Positions 19,053 to 27,513 of a DNA stretch of 30,249 nucleotides are shown here, in pieces. Each line of letters starts with the position of its first letter. The first letter of the stretch is position 1. Made by a program: the position numbers and the translations under genes. The stretch comes from a virus (taxonomy: Duplodnaviria; Caudoviricetes): positions 1 to 30,249 of IMG/VR virus record IMGVR_UViG_3300032295_003049; one strand, 5' to 3'. Below the pieces are notes generated by a model, which saw only the letters and a program-made list of their open reading frames with translations, was not told the origin of the DNA and searched no databases.

Positions 19053-19721
19053 ATGCAAATCAACTTACACAATACCAAAATAAAAAACGGAATCCTTTAC
19101 TTAGGTTGGATTCTGTTTTTCTTATGCTTATTTTTTAGAGGTTGTGGTGCTTCGGTTCCTGGAACAACTGTAACTATTCCAGCACTTACAAAAACGCTTC
19201 CTGCTGACACTATTGTGAAGCATAAACCAATTGAAGTTGAAAAATGGTATAAGGACCGCACCAATGAAAAAAAGCTATCCAAAGACATTTTAGAAATGCA
19301 CGATAGACTACAAGCATACCAGGAAGAAATCGACAACATGCAAACTGAATTTATGTGGGGTGATTCTATTAAACAAGCAGAATTATATCGTTTGGCTACG
19401 GAACTAAAAAACTTTGAATCGAACTTCGAAGATGAAAATCTGAAGCTTACAATCAATGGTATCATTGGCGGAAATGAAGTAAAAGAAATTGCACCAACAT
19501 ACACCATTAAAGAAAAGAAAATCGACGTACCACAAAAGCAAGTCAAGTTTAGAATGTTAGTTGGTGGTGGATTAGGAAACTCGCTAACTTTTGATAAACC
19601 ATTATTCAATGGAAGTTTAGGTTTTCAAAACGCAAAAGGAAACATTTTACGTGTCGGTTATGATTCCGAAAATCGAATTTTTATAGGTTATGATTTATCA
19701 ATTTTTAAAATAAGTAGGTAA
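19053..19721 (+). CDS. Spanin-like membrane/lipoprotein
   Basis: Follows the endolysin; N-terminal hydrophobic helix ending FRGC, central coiled coil, C-terminal beta strands. Confidence 0.5.
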   Translation: MQINLHNTKIKNGILYLGWILFFLCLFFRGCGASVPGTTVTIPALTKTLPADTIVKHKPIEVEKWYKDRTNEKKLSKDILEMHDRLQAYQEEIDNMQTEFMWGDSIKQAELYRLATELKNFESNFEDENLKLTINGIIGGNEVKEIAPTYTIKEKKIDVPQKQVKFRMLVGGGLGNSLTFDKPLFNGSLGFQNAKGNILRVGYDSENRIFIGYDLSIFKISR

Positions 19722-19724
19722 TTC

Positions 19725-19743
19725 TGCGGAAAAATTGCGGATT
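19725..19743 (+). repeat. attP left arm-type integrase site pair
   Basis: TGCGGAAAAATTGCGGATT, 18/19 identical to 19944-19962. Confidence 0.7.
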
Positions 19744-19807
19744 TATTTTTTAAATAATTTGTGTTAATCCATATATAATAAGCTTTAATGAAGATTTTAA
19801 AATATAT

Positions 19808-19850
19808 CTTCTAATGAGTAGGTCCCAGGTTCGAATCCTGGCGCGATCAC
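19808..19850 (+). other. attP core: 3' half of tRNA-Arg(TCT)
   Basis: Anticodon loop CTTCTAA, TGAGT, AGGTC, T-arm CCAGG-TTCGAAT-CCTGG, acceptor strand CGCGATC-A; no 5' half; next to the integrase. Confidence 0.88.
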
Positions 19851-19855
19851 ACTTT

Positions 19856-19881
19856 AAAACCCACTATTAGTGGGTTTTTTT
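19856..19881 (+). terminator. Rho-independent terminator after the tRNA fragment
   Basis: AAAACCCACT-ATT-AGTGGGTTTT plus T run. Confidence 0.8.
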
Positions 19882-19943
19882 GTTTTCGTATCTTTTTTAT
19901 TATTACTTTTACCGCTACATTTTACCACTTTTCAAAACATTTT

Positions 19944-19962
19944 TGCGGAAATATTGCGGATT
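19944..19962 (+). repeat. attP right arm-type integrase site pair
   Basis: TGCGGAAATATTGCGGATT. Confidence 0.7.
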
Positions 19963-19976
19963 AAATCGGATAACAA

Positions 19977-21188
19977 ATGAAAATTGAATTAAAACTTCTT
20001 AAAGCTAAAAAAGAAACTCCTGAAGGGTTTCCAATGGTTTTTGAAATATCGCACAAAGGTGTGCGAAAACAAAAAACAATTGGATTTTCAAAAATAGCAC
20101 ATTTTTTAGAAGATCATAAAACTATTTCTGCAAAACATCCTGATTTTAATATTTTGTTTCCGCTTTTGAATGATTATAAAATTGCAGCACGCAAAATTGT
20201 TTTATCTGGTGTGGATGATGTGGCCAAAGCATTTTACTTACTTTTTGAATCCAATTACAAAGAACCTTCTTTTAAAAAGTTTTGCGCCCAATTATTTGAG
20301 CAGCTGAAAGAACAAATTGCAGTTTTTGAAAAACATAATAACATTGTGTACCGAAATAAAACTGCTGGAAATTTGAAAGTATATCAAAATGTATTGAATC
20401 AGTTTGAAGTTTTTATTGAAGATTTGCCCGCATCTGAAATAAATTACAATGTATTGACTGATTTTAAACAATATTTGATTAACAAAGGCAATTCAAAACC
20501 TACAATTCACGGTTATTTGAGTACGTTGCGCTCGCTTTACAACAAAGCTAGTATAAAGTATGGCTTTGAAAATAAAAAGCCGTTTGCGGGTGTTTTTGCC
20601 GGAATGAAAATTAAATCCTATAATTCAAAAAAGAAACATATTTCTAAAGAATCAATTGAAAAATTAGAATCCTGGACTGGTCCAAAAATGAAAACTGAAG
20701 CGGTGGATTTCTTTTTGCTGCAATTCTATTTTGCGGGTGCTGATTTGATTGATATTTATTACCTAGAAAAAAAGCAAATCGTTAATAATCGCTTATTTTT
20801 TGAACGTGGAAAAACGAATACCGGAAAACTGATTGATTTATACATTCATCCAAAAGCCGCCGCCATTTTGAAAAAATACAAAAATAGCACTAAATATGTT
20901 TTTGAGTTCCGCAAGGATGTGAAAGGATATGAAACATTTAGATCGCGTTACGCTAAGAATTTGAAAGCTATTCAAACTGCTTTAGGTATTGAAGTGATGC
21001 CTATGGGTGGTAATTTAGGTGTAAAAGTAGCACGACATACATTCGCAACCATTGGAAAAAACAAAATGATTGATGCTGATATTTTGCGCGAATTGATGGG
21101 CCATGAAAGGGATGATGTAGATAATTACTACAAAGATAAGTTTCCAGCCGAAATGAGAGATAAAGCGTTAATGGATATTATAGATTAA
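19977..21188 (+). CDS. int: Tyrosine integrase (Bacteroidota type)
   Basis: N-terminal arm-binding region, SAM-like TIHGYLSTLRSLYN, RGKT, KVARHTFAT, LMGH, C-terminal NYY. Confidence 0.92.
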   Translation: MKIELKLLKAKKETPEGFPMVFEISHKGVRKQKTIGFSKIAHFLEDHKTISAKHPDFNILFPLLNDYKIAARKIVLSGVDDVAKAFYLLFESNYKEPSFKKFCAQLFEQLKEQIAVFEKHNNIVYRNKTAGNLKVYQNVLNQFEVFIEDLPASEINYNVLTDFKQYLINKGNSKPTIHGYLSTLRSLYNKASIKYGFENKKPFAGVFAGMKIKSYNSKKKHISKESIEKLESWTGPKMKTEAVDFFLLQFYFAGADLIDIYYLEKKQIVNNRLFFERGKTNTGKLIDLYIHPKAAAILKKYKNSTKYVFEFRKDVKGYETFRSRYAKNLKAIQTALGIEVMPMGGNLGVKVARHTFATIGKNKMIDADILRELMGHERDDVDNYYKDKFPAEMRDKALMDIID

Positions 21189-21621
21189 AAACGCTTTTGA
21201 AAAAATTAGACAAACATTCGTAATTCTTTTTGAATGTTCCGTTTTGGCGCAATGTTCCATCGTTTTTTATAGCGTAATATTCTAATGAATTTTCGCTTGA
21301 ACTTGTTGAAGCGCCACCAAGGTTAACTTGTATTGAGTTTTTGAAGCGAATATTATAAATTTCTACTGAATTTTCTTTGATTGTAAAATCAAAATTCATT
21401 TCTTCTGATATAAAAAAAGATGTTCCAGGGCATTTACATTCCGCGTTTTTGAAAAATCCTTTATTACCGTTTAATTGAATTTTTGGGTGATCAGTAAGTT
21501 TTGATATATAGGTAGAATCAGTACTTATTTTTTCAGTAAAATAAATAGTATTGTGTTTTATGGATATGTTTTCCGTTTGAGCAAAAGAAATGCTGCAAAT
21601 TAATAATAATAGGTATTTCAT
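21178..21621 (-). CDS. Secreted/periplasmic protein (moron, possible superinfection exclusion)
   Basis: Bacteroidota-style signal peptide MKYLLLLICSISFA-Q; in the lysogeny module. Confidence 0.65.
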   Translation of the reverse strand: MKYLLLLICSISFAQTENISIKHNTIYFTEKISTDSTYISKLTDHPKIQLNGNKGFFKNAECKCPGTSFFISEEMNFDFTIKENSVEIYNIRFKNSIQVNLGGASTSSSENSLEYYAIKNDGTLRQNGTFKKNYECLSNFFKSVFNL

Positions 21622-21640
21622 TTGTAAAGTAATTTATCTT

Positions 21641-21648
21641 CAAATATA
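21641..21648 (-). promoter_or_regulatory. Bacteroidota -7 promoter box for 21178..21621
   Basis: TATATTTG on the minus strand about 20 nt upstream of the ATG, matching TAnnTTTG. Confidence 0.55.
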
Positions 21649-21649
21649 A

Positions 21650-22036
21650 TTATTTTTCATTTAAAATACTTTCAAAATCTATATTATGTTTAGCTAAAAG
21701 AAGTTTTAGTTTGGTAATTTTAATATTTAAATTGTTTCTTTCTTCTAAACATTTAATATAATCTTCTGTTCTGTTTGATTTATTATATTCTTCTTTTTCT
21801 TCTTCTATTATGTGAAGATTTTCACCAATATTTTTACCCAAAACTTTTTTCTCTAAAAACAAAATAATTGAATTTAAGGTGTTTTCGTGTGGATTTTTTG
21901 ACGTTCCGTTAAGTATTCTTATGATTCCTGCTTCAGTTAAATCTGTGTTTTTAGCAATTTCATAAGCTGAAATACTCAATTCTTTGCATTTTTCCAATAC
22001 AAAATTTAATTTCTCAATTTTACTTAAGTTGTACAT
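21650..22036 (-). CDS. CI-like XRE-family repressor
   Basis: ISAYEIAKNTDLTEAGIIRILNGTSKNP HTH; divergent from the lytic operon; no S24 peptidase domain. Confidence 0.82.
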   Translation of the reverse strand: MYNLSKIEKLNFVLEKCKELSISAYEIAKNTDLTEAGIIRILNGTSKNPHENTLNSIILFLEKKVLGKNIGENLHIIEEEKEEYNKSNRTEDYIKCLEERNNLNIKITKLKLLLAKHNIDFESILNEK

Positions 22037-22079
22037 AATCAGTTATTTATCTTTTTTAAAATGTTAAAATTTATAAAAA

Positions 22080-22160
22080 TTACTATACTTTTGTTTTTTG
22101 TATAGTATAACTTACTATATTTGTATAGTAATTATTCACATAATTTATAATACAAATATA
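22080..22160. promoter_or_regulatory. Immunity region: operators and opposing promoters
   Basis: TTACTATA/TATAGTA half-sites at 22080, 22100, 22112 and 22123; TATATTTG on + (22116-22123) and on - (22153-22160). Confidence 0.7.
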
Positions 22161-22168
22161 CAAAAGTT

Positions 22169-22432
22169 ATGCCATTAGATGAATTATCGAAAATGAAACA
22201 GCGAGATATTAAGACGATTAAAAGAATTGATACCGCATTTAAATCTTCACAAGTTTTGAAAAAATTCTTTGATAAAGGTTTTAAAAGTTTTGATGCATTG
22301 TTTGCTATTGTATCAAATTATTATCCTGAAATGCCTGAAGGTCGCTTATGGGATTTTTGGCACTTTAGAATTGTTGATGAAGATATATGTGAAAAATTAA
22401 CTGATGTTTTTGATCGTTTAAAATCAGAATAA
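22169..22432 (+). CDS. Cro-like/early regulator (putative)
   Basis: First gene divergent from the repressor; positional call. Confidence 0.5.
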   Translation: MPLDELSKMKQRDIKTIKRIDTAFKSSQVLKKFFDKGFKSFDALFAIVSNYYPEMPEGRLWDFWHFRIVDEDICEKLTDVFDRLKSE

Positions 22433-22740
22433 TGGAAGCTGTAATTAAAGCATCGGATTTTGCTAAATACCTTGAAAAAAGAGGTTTAGTTATTGTTTCA
22501 AAATCGCAATTGGAGCAAATGGCAAAAACAGACATTCATCAAAAACGTAAAGATTTATTGCGTAGATCTACTTTAACGCTTGGTGAAATATTGCAATTAG
22601 AATTGCTTCCAGTAAAAACCCGCACTTCTTTAGAACGCTGGATTCAAAACGGCACTTTTTTACCTACTGAAGTAGCAAGAAACAAACACAATCAAATTAT
22701 CATTTTAACAGCTGCATTAACACGTTTAGGATATGTCTAG
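22432..22740 (+). CDS. Putative excisionase-like winged-helix protein
   Basis: LTLGEI...KTRTSLERWIQNG resembles MerR/Xis HTH. Confidence 0.5.
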   Translation: MEAVIKASDFAKYLEKRGLVIVSKSQLEQMAKTDIHQKRKDLLRRSTLTLGEILQLELLPVKTRTSLERWIQNGTFLPTEVARNKHNQIIILTAALTRLGYV

Positions 22741-22915
22741 TAAAGTTTTAAAATTTCCAAAATCTGCATCTAATGCAGCTGCAAAATATAACGGTACTAA
22801 TAGCCGTGTTGGTAGAACCTATCCAAAATGTAAACCTAGTGAATTGTGTAATGAAGAATATGTGTGTGATACAATTAGTAAATGTGCAACGTGTAAAAAA
22901 TTGAAATCATGTTAG
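22733..22915 (+). CDS. Small Cys-rich hypothetical protein
   Basis: 60 aa, six Cys including CATC. Confidence 0.5.
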   Translation: MSSKVLKFPKSASNAAAKYNGTNSRVGRTYPKCKPSELCNEEYVCDTISKCATCKKLKSC

Positions 22916-23121
22916 TTTGGAGTGTTATTATGGGTGTTTTATTGTCTTTGATTTTTACTGCAATTGTGTTTTTGTTTTGGATGGTAAAAGATTTGAAATC
23001 TGCAATTGAAACCTATTGTATTTCTATGGAAAACTATCACGATTGTGATAATTATTTAGTATGTGATGAAGGACATCCGGAAAAGCCTTTCAAATGTAAT
23101 CAATGTGGTAAAAGATATTAA
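22909..23121 (+). CDS. Membrane-anchored zinc-ribbon protein
   Basis: N-terminal TM helix, HDC...CNQCG. Confidence 0.55.
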   Translation: MLVWSVIMGVLLSLIFTAIVFLFWMVKDLKSAIETYCISMENYHDCDNYLVCDEGHPEKPFKCNQCGKRY

Positions 23122-23138
23122 CTAAATAAATAGAAATT

Positions 23139-23348
23139 ATGCATAAAAAATTTAATAAAAGTTTTTGCAGTGTATATGTAAAAGATGGTAAGCATTTTTT
23201 AATTACACCAAATGGTGAGCATTTACCACATTTAACAAAAACAGTAACTGTATGTCAAGAGCCTAGTGGTTTTCAATCTTGTACTACTACTATGTTGGTT
23301 AATATAGTGACCACAAAAGAAGAAGCTATTGAATTGTATAAAAAATAA
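23139..23348 (+). CDS. Hypothetical protein
   Basis: 69 aa ORF in the early operon. Confidence 0.6.
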   Translation: MHKKFNKSFCSVYVKDGKHFLITPNGEHLPHLTKTVTVCQEPSGFQSCTTTMLVNIVTTKEEAIELYKK

Positions 23349-23351
23349 GCT

Positions 23352-23681
23352 ATGAAAGCCACTACTTACAACGAAACCAAAGCAAAAGAAGTTGAATTAG
23401 CTGTAATGCAAGTATTCAATTGTAAATTATCTGAAGTTATTGGGGTGAAAGATACACCATACAAAAAAGTAGTGGTTTTCATCTTAAACAAGTTGCTTGA
23501 ATTTGATAAAAGAAACATTGCAGTAGCGTATTCAATGAATACTTATTACGTTCCAACGGTTGTAGATGAAATTGAAATGATGTTTTTGATTGATGCAACT
23601 ACTAGAAATAAAATTACTGAAGTAACTAAAATTATTGGATATGCCTCGAAAATGGAATGCAAAAGAATTGCAGTTGCTTAG
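23352..23681 (+). CDS. DnaA domain IV-like HTH protein
   Basis: VELAVMQVFNCKLSEVIG...KKVVVFIL...IAVAY..VPTVVDEIE pattern recalls Bac_DnaA_C. Confidence 0.5.
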   Translation: MKATTYNETKAKEVELAVMQVFNCKLSEVIGVKDTPYKKVVVFILNKLLEFDKRNIAVAYSMNTYYVPTVVDEIEMMFLIDATTRNKITEVTKIIGYASKMECKRIAVA

Positions 23682-24363
23682 AGATTTATGGCCAAATACA
23701 CCAACAGAAGAAGTAGGTGAGATTATTGGTAGGAAAGGTGCTTACTGTTGGAAAAAAGCAAAAGACTTAGGAATAGAACGTTCACCTGAATTTATTAAAG
23801 AGCAACAAGAAATGTTTGCAGAAACTTTGAGAATCCATGGTGTAAAAAGTAGATTTTCAAAAGGTCAAAAATCACATAACAAAGGTAAAAAATGGTCGGA
23901 ATTTATGCCTGAAGCAAGTCAGGAACGTTCAAGAAAAACACAATTTCCAAAACGTAATATTCCGCAAAATTGGAAACCTATTGGTTGGGAACGTAAAACA
24001 CGTGATGGATATATTGAAGTAAAAGTTCGTGATGAATATGGCGAAAAAAGGGTTAAAAACTTTGAATTAAAACATCGATCGCTTTGGGAGCAACACAACG
24101 GACCAGTTCCAAAAAGAATGATGATTAAGTTTAAAGATGGAAATAAAGAAAACATTGTTATTGAAAATCTGTTTATAGCTTCTAAGGGAGAAAATTTAAT
24201 AGAAAATACATTTTGTGATACTTCAGTAGTAAAAAGATTTTTAGGTGTTAAGGATCCAAAAGAAGTTGAATTTTTTAAAAATAATGCTTCAGAATTAATT
24301 GAAGCAAAACGCAATCAAATTAAGTTAAACCAAAAATTAAAGAAAACATGCAACAACAGTTAG
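23641..24363 (+). CDS. HNH endonuclease family protein
   Basis: FSKGQKSHNKG, PIGWERKTRDGYIEVK, KHRSLWEQHNGPVP...FKDGNKEN...ENL. Confidence 0.85.
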   Translation: MPRKWNAKELQLLRDLWPNTPTEEVGEIIGRKGAYCWKKAKDLGIERSPEFIKEQQEMFAETLRIHGVKSRFSKGQKSHNKGKKWSEFMPEASQERSRKTQFPKRNIPQNWKPIGWERKTRDGYIEVKVRDEYGEKRVKNFELKHRSLWEQHNGPVPKRMMIKFKDGNKENIVIENLFIASKGENLIENTFCDTSVVKRFLGVKDPKEVEFFKNNASELIEAKRNQIKLNQKLKKTCNNS

Positions 24364-24797
24364 AAAAATTAAAAGACGATTTTGAAGGCTTTGAATTCAT
24401 ATACCAGGAAGCACCACATTTGAAAAAGAAAAGACATTTAGGTGTTGAAGTGGCATTAGTAGGTGATAAATTCAAAATTGAAACTGATACAAGAACATTT
24501 GTAGTGCATCATTCAGATGTTAAAGTATTCATGCAAAAAGTAACTTTTGTCGGTAGAAAAGAAGTTATTAATACTATCAATCCTATTCATCAAAAAAAGG
24601 AATTAGTAGCTGAAGTATATGTGCCTAAAGCATGTGTAAATCTATCTGATGGATTGATGGCTATGTTTAATAAAATTCAATCAGGAAATCCTACAAAAAA
24701 AGATTTAGAGCAAGCAAAATCAATGAGTGATATTGCTGGTAAAATTATCGATGTAGAAAAAGTGAAATTGAGTTATTTATCACTAAGTAAAAGATAA
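24348..24797 (+). CDS. Hypothetical protein
   Basis: 149 aa, helical C-terminus QAKSMSDIAGKII. Confidence 0.65.
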   Translation: MQQQLEKLKDDFEGFEFIYQEAPHLKKKRHLGVEVALVGDKFKIETDTRTFVVHHSDVKVFMQKVTFVGRKEVINTINPIHQKKELVAEVYVPKACVNLSDGLMAMFNKIQSGNPTKKDLEQAKSMSDIAGKIIDVEKVKLSYLSLSKR

Positions 24798-24800
24798 GTT

Positions 24801-25565
24801 ATGATCTTTCAATTTGATAGTGTTTTAGCTGAAAAATATGGCATGAATGAATCTGTATTCATACATAATATTTTCTATTGGATAAACCATAATAAAGCTA
24901 ATAATAAGCATTATTATGAAGATAGATTTTGGACATACAACACAAAGAAAGCTTTTATTAAATTATTTCCTTTTTGGACTTATGAGCAAGTAAGAAAAAT
25001 TGTAAAAAATTTAGTAGAAAGTGGTGCGTTATTGACTGGTAATTTTAATGAAAATACATGGGATAAAACAACATGGTATTCTTTATCAGATGAATTAGTG
25101 TTATACTATGAAAACCTTCTTAACCCCAATAAAAACACATGTGTGCAAAAACACACATCGAATAGTGAAAAACCACACATCGAATTGGGAAATAACACAA
25201 ATCGAACTGTGAAAAACCACACTTCATATATAGGAACAGATAATAAAACACAAATAATAAAACCAGATGTTTTACAAAAAATTGTTTTTTCAGAAAATTC
25301 TTGTTTTGATTATTTCTTAAAAACTGCTCCTGAAAGATTTGAAATTGAAATGATGAAATTAATATCGAAAATCAAAGATTTTCAAAGATTCGTTTCAAAT
25401 TTTGAATGTGTGTACATTGAAGAACAAAAACCATTTGATGTAAATGTTATCGAAGCTAGAATGAGAAGATTTGCAAATAATTGGAATGATTACAATGAAT
25501 CAAAAGTAATCGACTTACATCAAAAACAAACTAACGAACCAGCCTACATGGCAAATAGATTTTAA
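24801..25565 (+). CDS. Replication initiator (lambda O-like) with internal origin
   Basis: LAEKYGMNESVFIHNIFYWI...FWTYNT...FPFW wHTH; internal iterons; precedes DnaB. Confidence 0.85.
   Translation: MIFQFDSVLAEKYGMNESVFIHNIFYWINHNKANNKHYYEDRFWTYNTKKAFIKLFPFWTYEQVRKIVKNLVESGALLTGNFNENTWDKTTWYSLSDELVLYYENLLNPNKNTCVQKHTSNSEKPHIELGNNTNRTVKNHTSYIGTDNKTQIIKPDVLQKIVFSENSCFDYFLKTAPERFEIEMMKLISKIKDFQRFVSNFECVYIEEQKPFDVNVIEARMRRFANNWNDYNESKVIDLHQKQTNEPAYMANRF
25143..25230 (+). repeat. Replication origin: four tandem 22-bp iterons
   Basis: GTGCAAAAACACACATCGAATA / GTGAAAAACCACACATCGAATT / GGGAAATAACACAAATCGAACT / GTGAAAAACCACACTTCATATA, followed by an A-rich tract. Confidence 0.85.
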
Positions 25566-25567
25566 TC

Positions 25568-27094
25568 ATGGAACCAATTCAAGTAAATAAAACAATGATA
25601 ATTGAAATGCCTAAAGGCATGATTCCACCTTCTGCAATTGATATTGAAGAATCAGTTTTGGGTGCTGCAATTATCGATAAGAAAGGTATTGATGAAATGA
25701 TGATGGTGTTACCTAATGGTGATTGTTTTTACAGAGAGCAAAACAAATTCATTTTCGAAGCTATTCAATCATTGTTTAATGAAGGTGAACCAGTTGATTT
25801 ACTTACGGTATCACAAAGATTAAAGCGTTTTGGTAAATTAGAATTAGCTGGCGGTGATTATTATTTAATTCAATTAACACAAAAGATTTCTTCTTCTGCG
25901 CACATGGAGTATTGGTGTAGAATTCTTTTACAGAAATATATTGCAAGGGAAATAATTAAATTCAATCATAATACAACTGCTTTAGCTTATAGCGATTCTA
26001 CTGATATTTTTGATTTGATGGCAAAGCTTCAACATCAGTTTGATGTAATTTCTAACATTGGTATCAATGGAAGAAAAGCAAAGTTATTTAAAGAAAATCT
26101 TCAGGAACTTTCAAAGAAGATTGAATTCCTTTCAAACCAAACAGAAAACGATAAACTAATCGGTGTGCATACCGGATTCAAACGTGTAAACAAATACACC
26201 GGTGGTTATCAACCGCAAGAATTAATCATCTTAGCAGCACGCCCTGGAATGGGAAAAACTTCTTTGATTCTTAAAACTGCTATCGAGAATGTGAAGATGG
26301 GAAATCCTGTAGGATTTATTTCTTTGGAAATGTCGGCACTTCAATTAACAGCACGTGCTGTAGCAATTGATACAAACTTTCATCTTTCACAATTGATTAA
26401 AACCGGATTCGATAAACAAAAGTATTTCGAATCGTATGCGAATCACCAGGGTAGAATGTCTGAATATAATTTACTTATCGATGATGCTTCTGAAACTGAT
26501 ATAAACATCATTGTATTAAAAGCGCGCTATTGGAAACGTGTGTTTGATATTAAGTTATTGGTTATCGATTACCTACAGCTAATGACAAACAGTACAATCA
26601 AAGGTAATAGAGAACAAGAAATATCATCTATAAGTAGAAGATTGAAGATGTTAGCAAAGGAATTAGATATTCCGGTGATTGCCTTATCGCAATTGAGTAG
26701 AGCAGTAGAAACACGTGGTTCAAGTAAAAGACCATTGTTATCTGATTTGCGTGAATCAGGAGCAATAGAGCAAGATGCAGACATCATTCAATTTATATAC
26801 CGACCTGAATACTACAAGATTGAAATAGAAGGAAGTCCGGAGTTTGAAGATATGGTAGCTGATGGTGGTAATACTGAATTGATATTCGCTAAATACCGTG
26901 GTGGTTCTGTTGGTGTTACAAACTTGAAATGGATTGGTGATAAGACAAAGTTTGTAGATCCGCAAGATGAAAGCGAGAATCATATTCAATATGAATCCGA
27001 TGTAGTACAAGCGATACCAATGGGAAATCCTACTGAAGCTTTTGATAATATTAATACACATTCAGATTTGCCTGATTGGTTAGAAGAAGATTAG
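25568..27094 (+). CDS. dnaB: Replicative DNA helicase
   Basis: AARPGMGKT, SLEMS, IDYLQL, LSQLSRAVE, DLRESGAIEQDAD. Confidence 0.97.
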   Translation: MEPIQVNKTMIIEMPKGMIPPSAIDIEESVLGAAIIDKKGIDEMMMVLPNGDCFYREQNKFIFEAIQSLFNEGEPVDLLTVSQRLKRFGKLELAGGDYYLIQLTQKISSSAHMEYWCRILLQKYIAREIIKFNHNTTALAYSDSTDIFDLMAKLQHQFDVISNIGINGRKAKLFKENLQELSKKIEFLSNQTENDKLIGVHTGFKRVNKYTGGYQPQELIILAARPGMGKTSLILKTAIENVKMGNPVGFISLEMSALQLTARAVAIDTNFHLSQLIKTGFDKQKYFESYANHQGRMSEYNLLIDDASETDINIIVLKARYWKRVFDIKLLVIDYLQLMTNSTIKGNREQEISSISRRLKMLAKELDIPVIALSQLSRAVETRGSSKRPLLSDLRESGAIEQDADIIQFIYRPEYYKIEIEGSPEFEDMVADGGNTELIFAKYRGGSVGVTNLKWIGDKTKFVDPQDESENHIQYESDVVQAIPMGNPTEAFDNINTHSDLPDWLEED

Positions 27095-27096
27095 TT

Positions 27097-27396
27097 ATGG
27101 CAAACAAACCTAAAGCAGTGAAGCGTAGTTGGGTAGTGGACCGCAAGCCGTTTGAACGTGATAACAGCAATGCAGACTTCTATAACAGTTGGGCGTGGCG
27201 TAAGTTAAGAAAGTTATTCTTAGATAAGAATCCGTTGTGTAAACATTGTGAAGCGAATGATGAAGTAACCAAAGCAACAGTAGCCGACCACATACTACCT
27301 ATCAACCGTGGTGGTGAAAGGTTAGATGAAGAGAACCTTCAAGCATTGTGTGAACGTTGTCATAATATAAAATCTGCAACAGAAAGTCGAAGTTAG
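27097..27396 (+). CDS. HNH endonuclease (HK97 gp74-like terminase cofactor)
   Basis: FYNSWAWRKLR, PLCKHC, ADHILP..GG, ENLQALCERCHNIKS; upstream of terS. Confidence 0.9.
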   Translation: MANKPKAVKRSWVVDRKPFERDNSNADFYNSWAWRKLRKLFLDKNPLCKHCEANDEVTKATVADHILPINRGGERLDEENLQALCERCHNIKSATESRS

Positions 27397-27513
27397 GGGG
27401 TATGGGGTTAAAATGTTTGAGTAGTGAATCCGCCTACATCGCTGTTTAGTCAGAATTTTACTCGAAGTAGTTTTTTAGGTAGGGGGGTGTAAATAAATTA
27501 AAATGAATTAGTT
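27397..27513. other. Probable cos/packaging region
   Basis: Non-coding gap between the gp74-like HNH and terS with G-runs at both ends; positional analogy to HK97-like cos phages. Confidence 0.5.

Noticed and set aside
19097-19609. 170-aa antisense ORF as an embedded spanin partner
   Set aside because: Opposite strand with no lipobox or signal; embedded o-spanins are co-directional, so this is a shadow ORF
19808-19850. Functional phage tRNA gene
   Set aside because: No 5' acceptor strand, D-arm or 5' anticodon stem; only the 3' half is present, so it is attP
25143-25230. Mini-CRISPR array
   Set aside because: Units are contiguous with no spacers and lie within the initiator gene; they fit iterons
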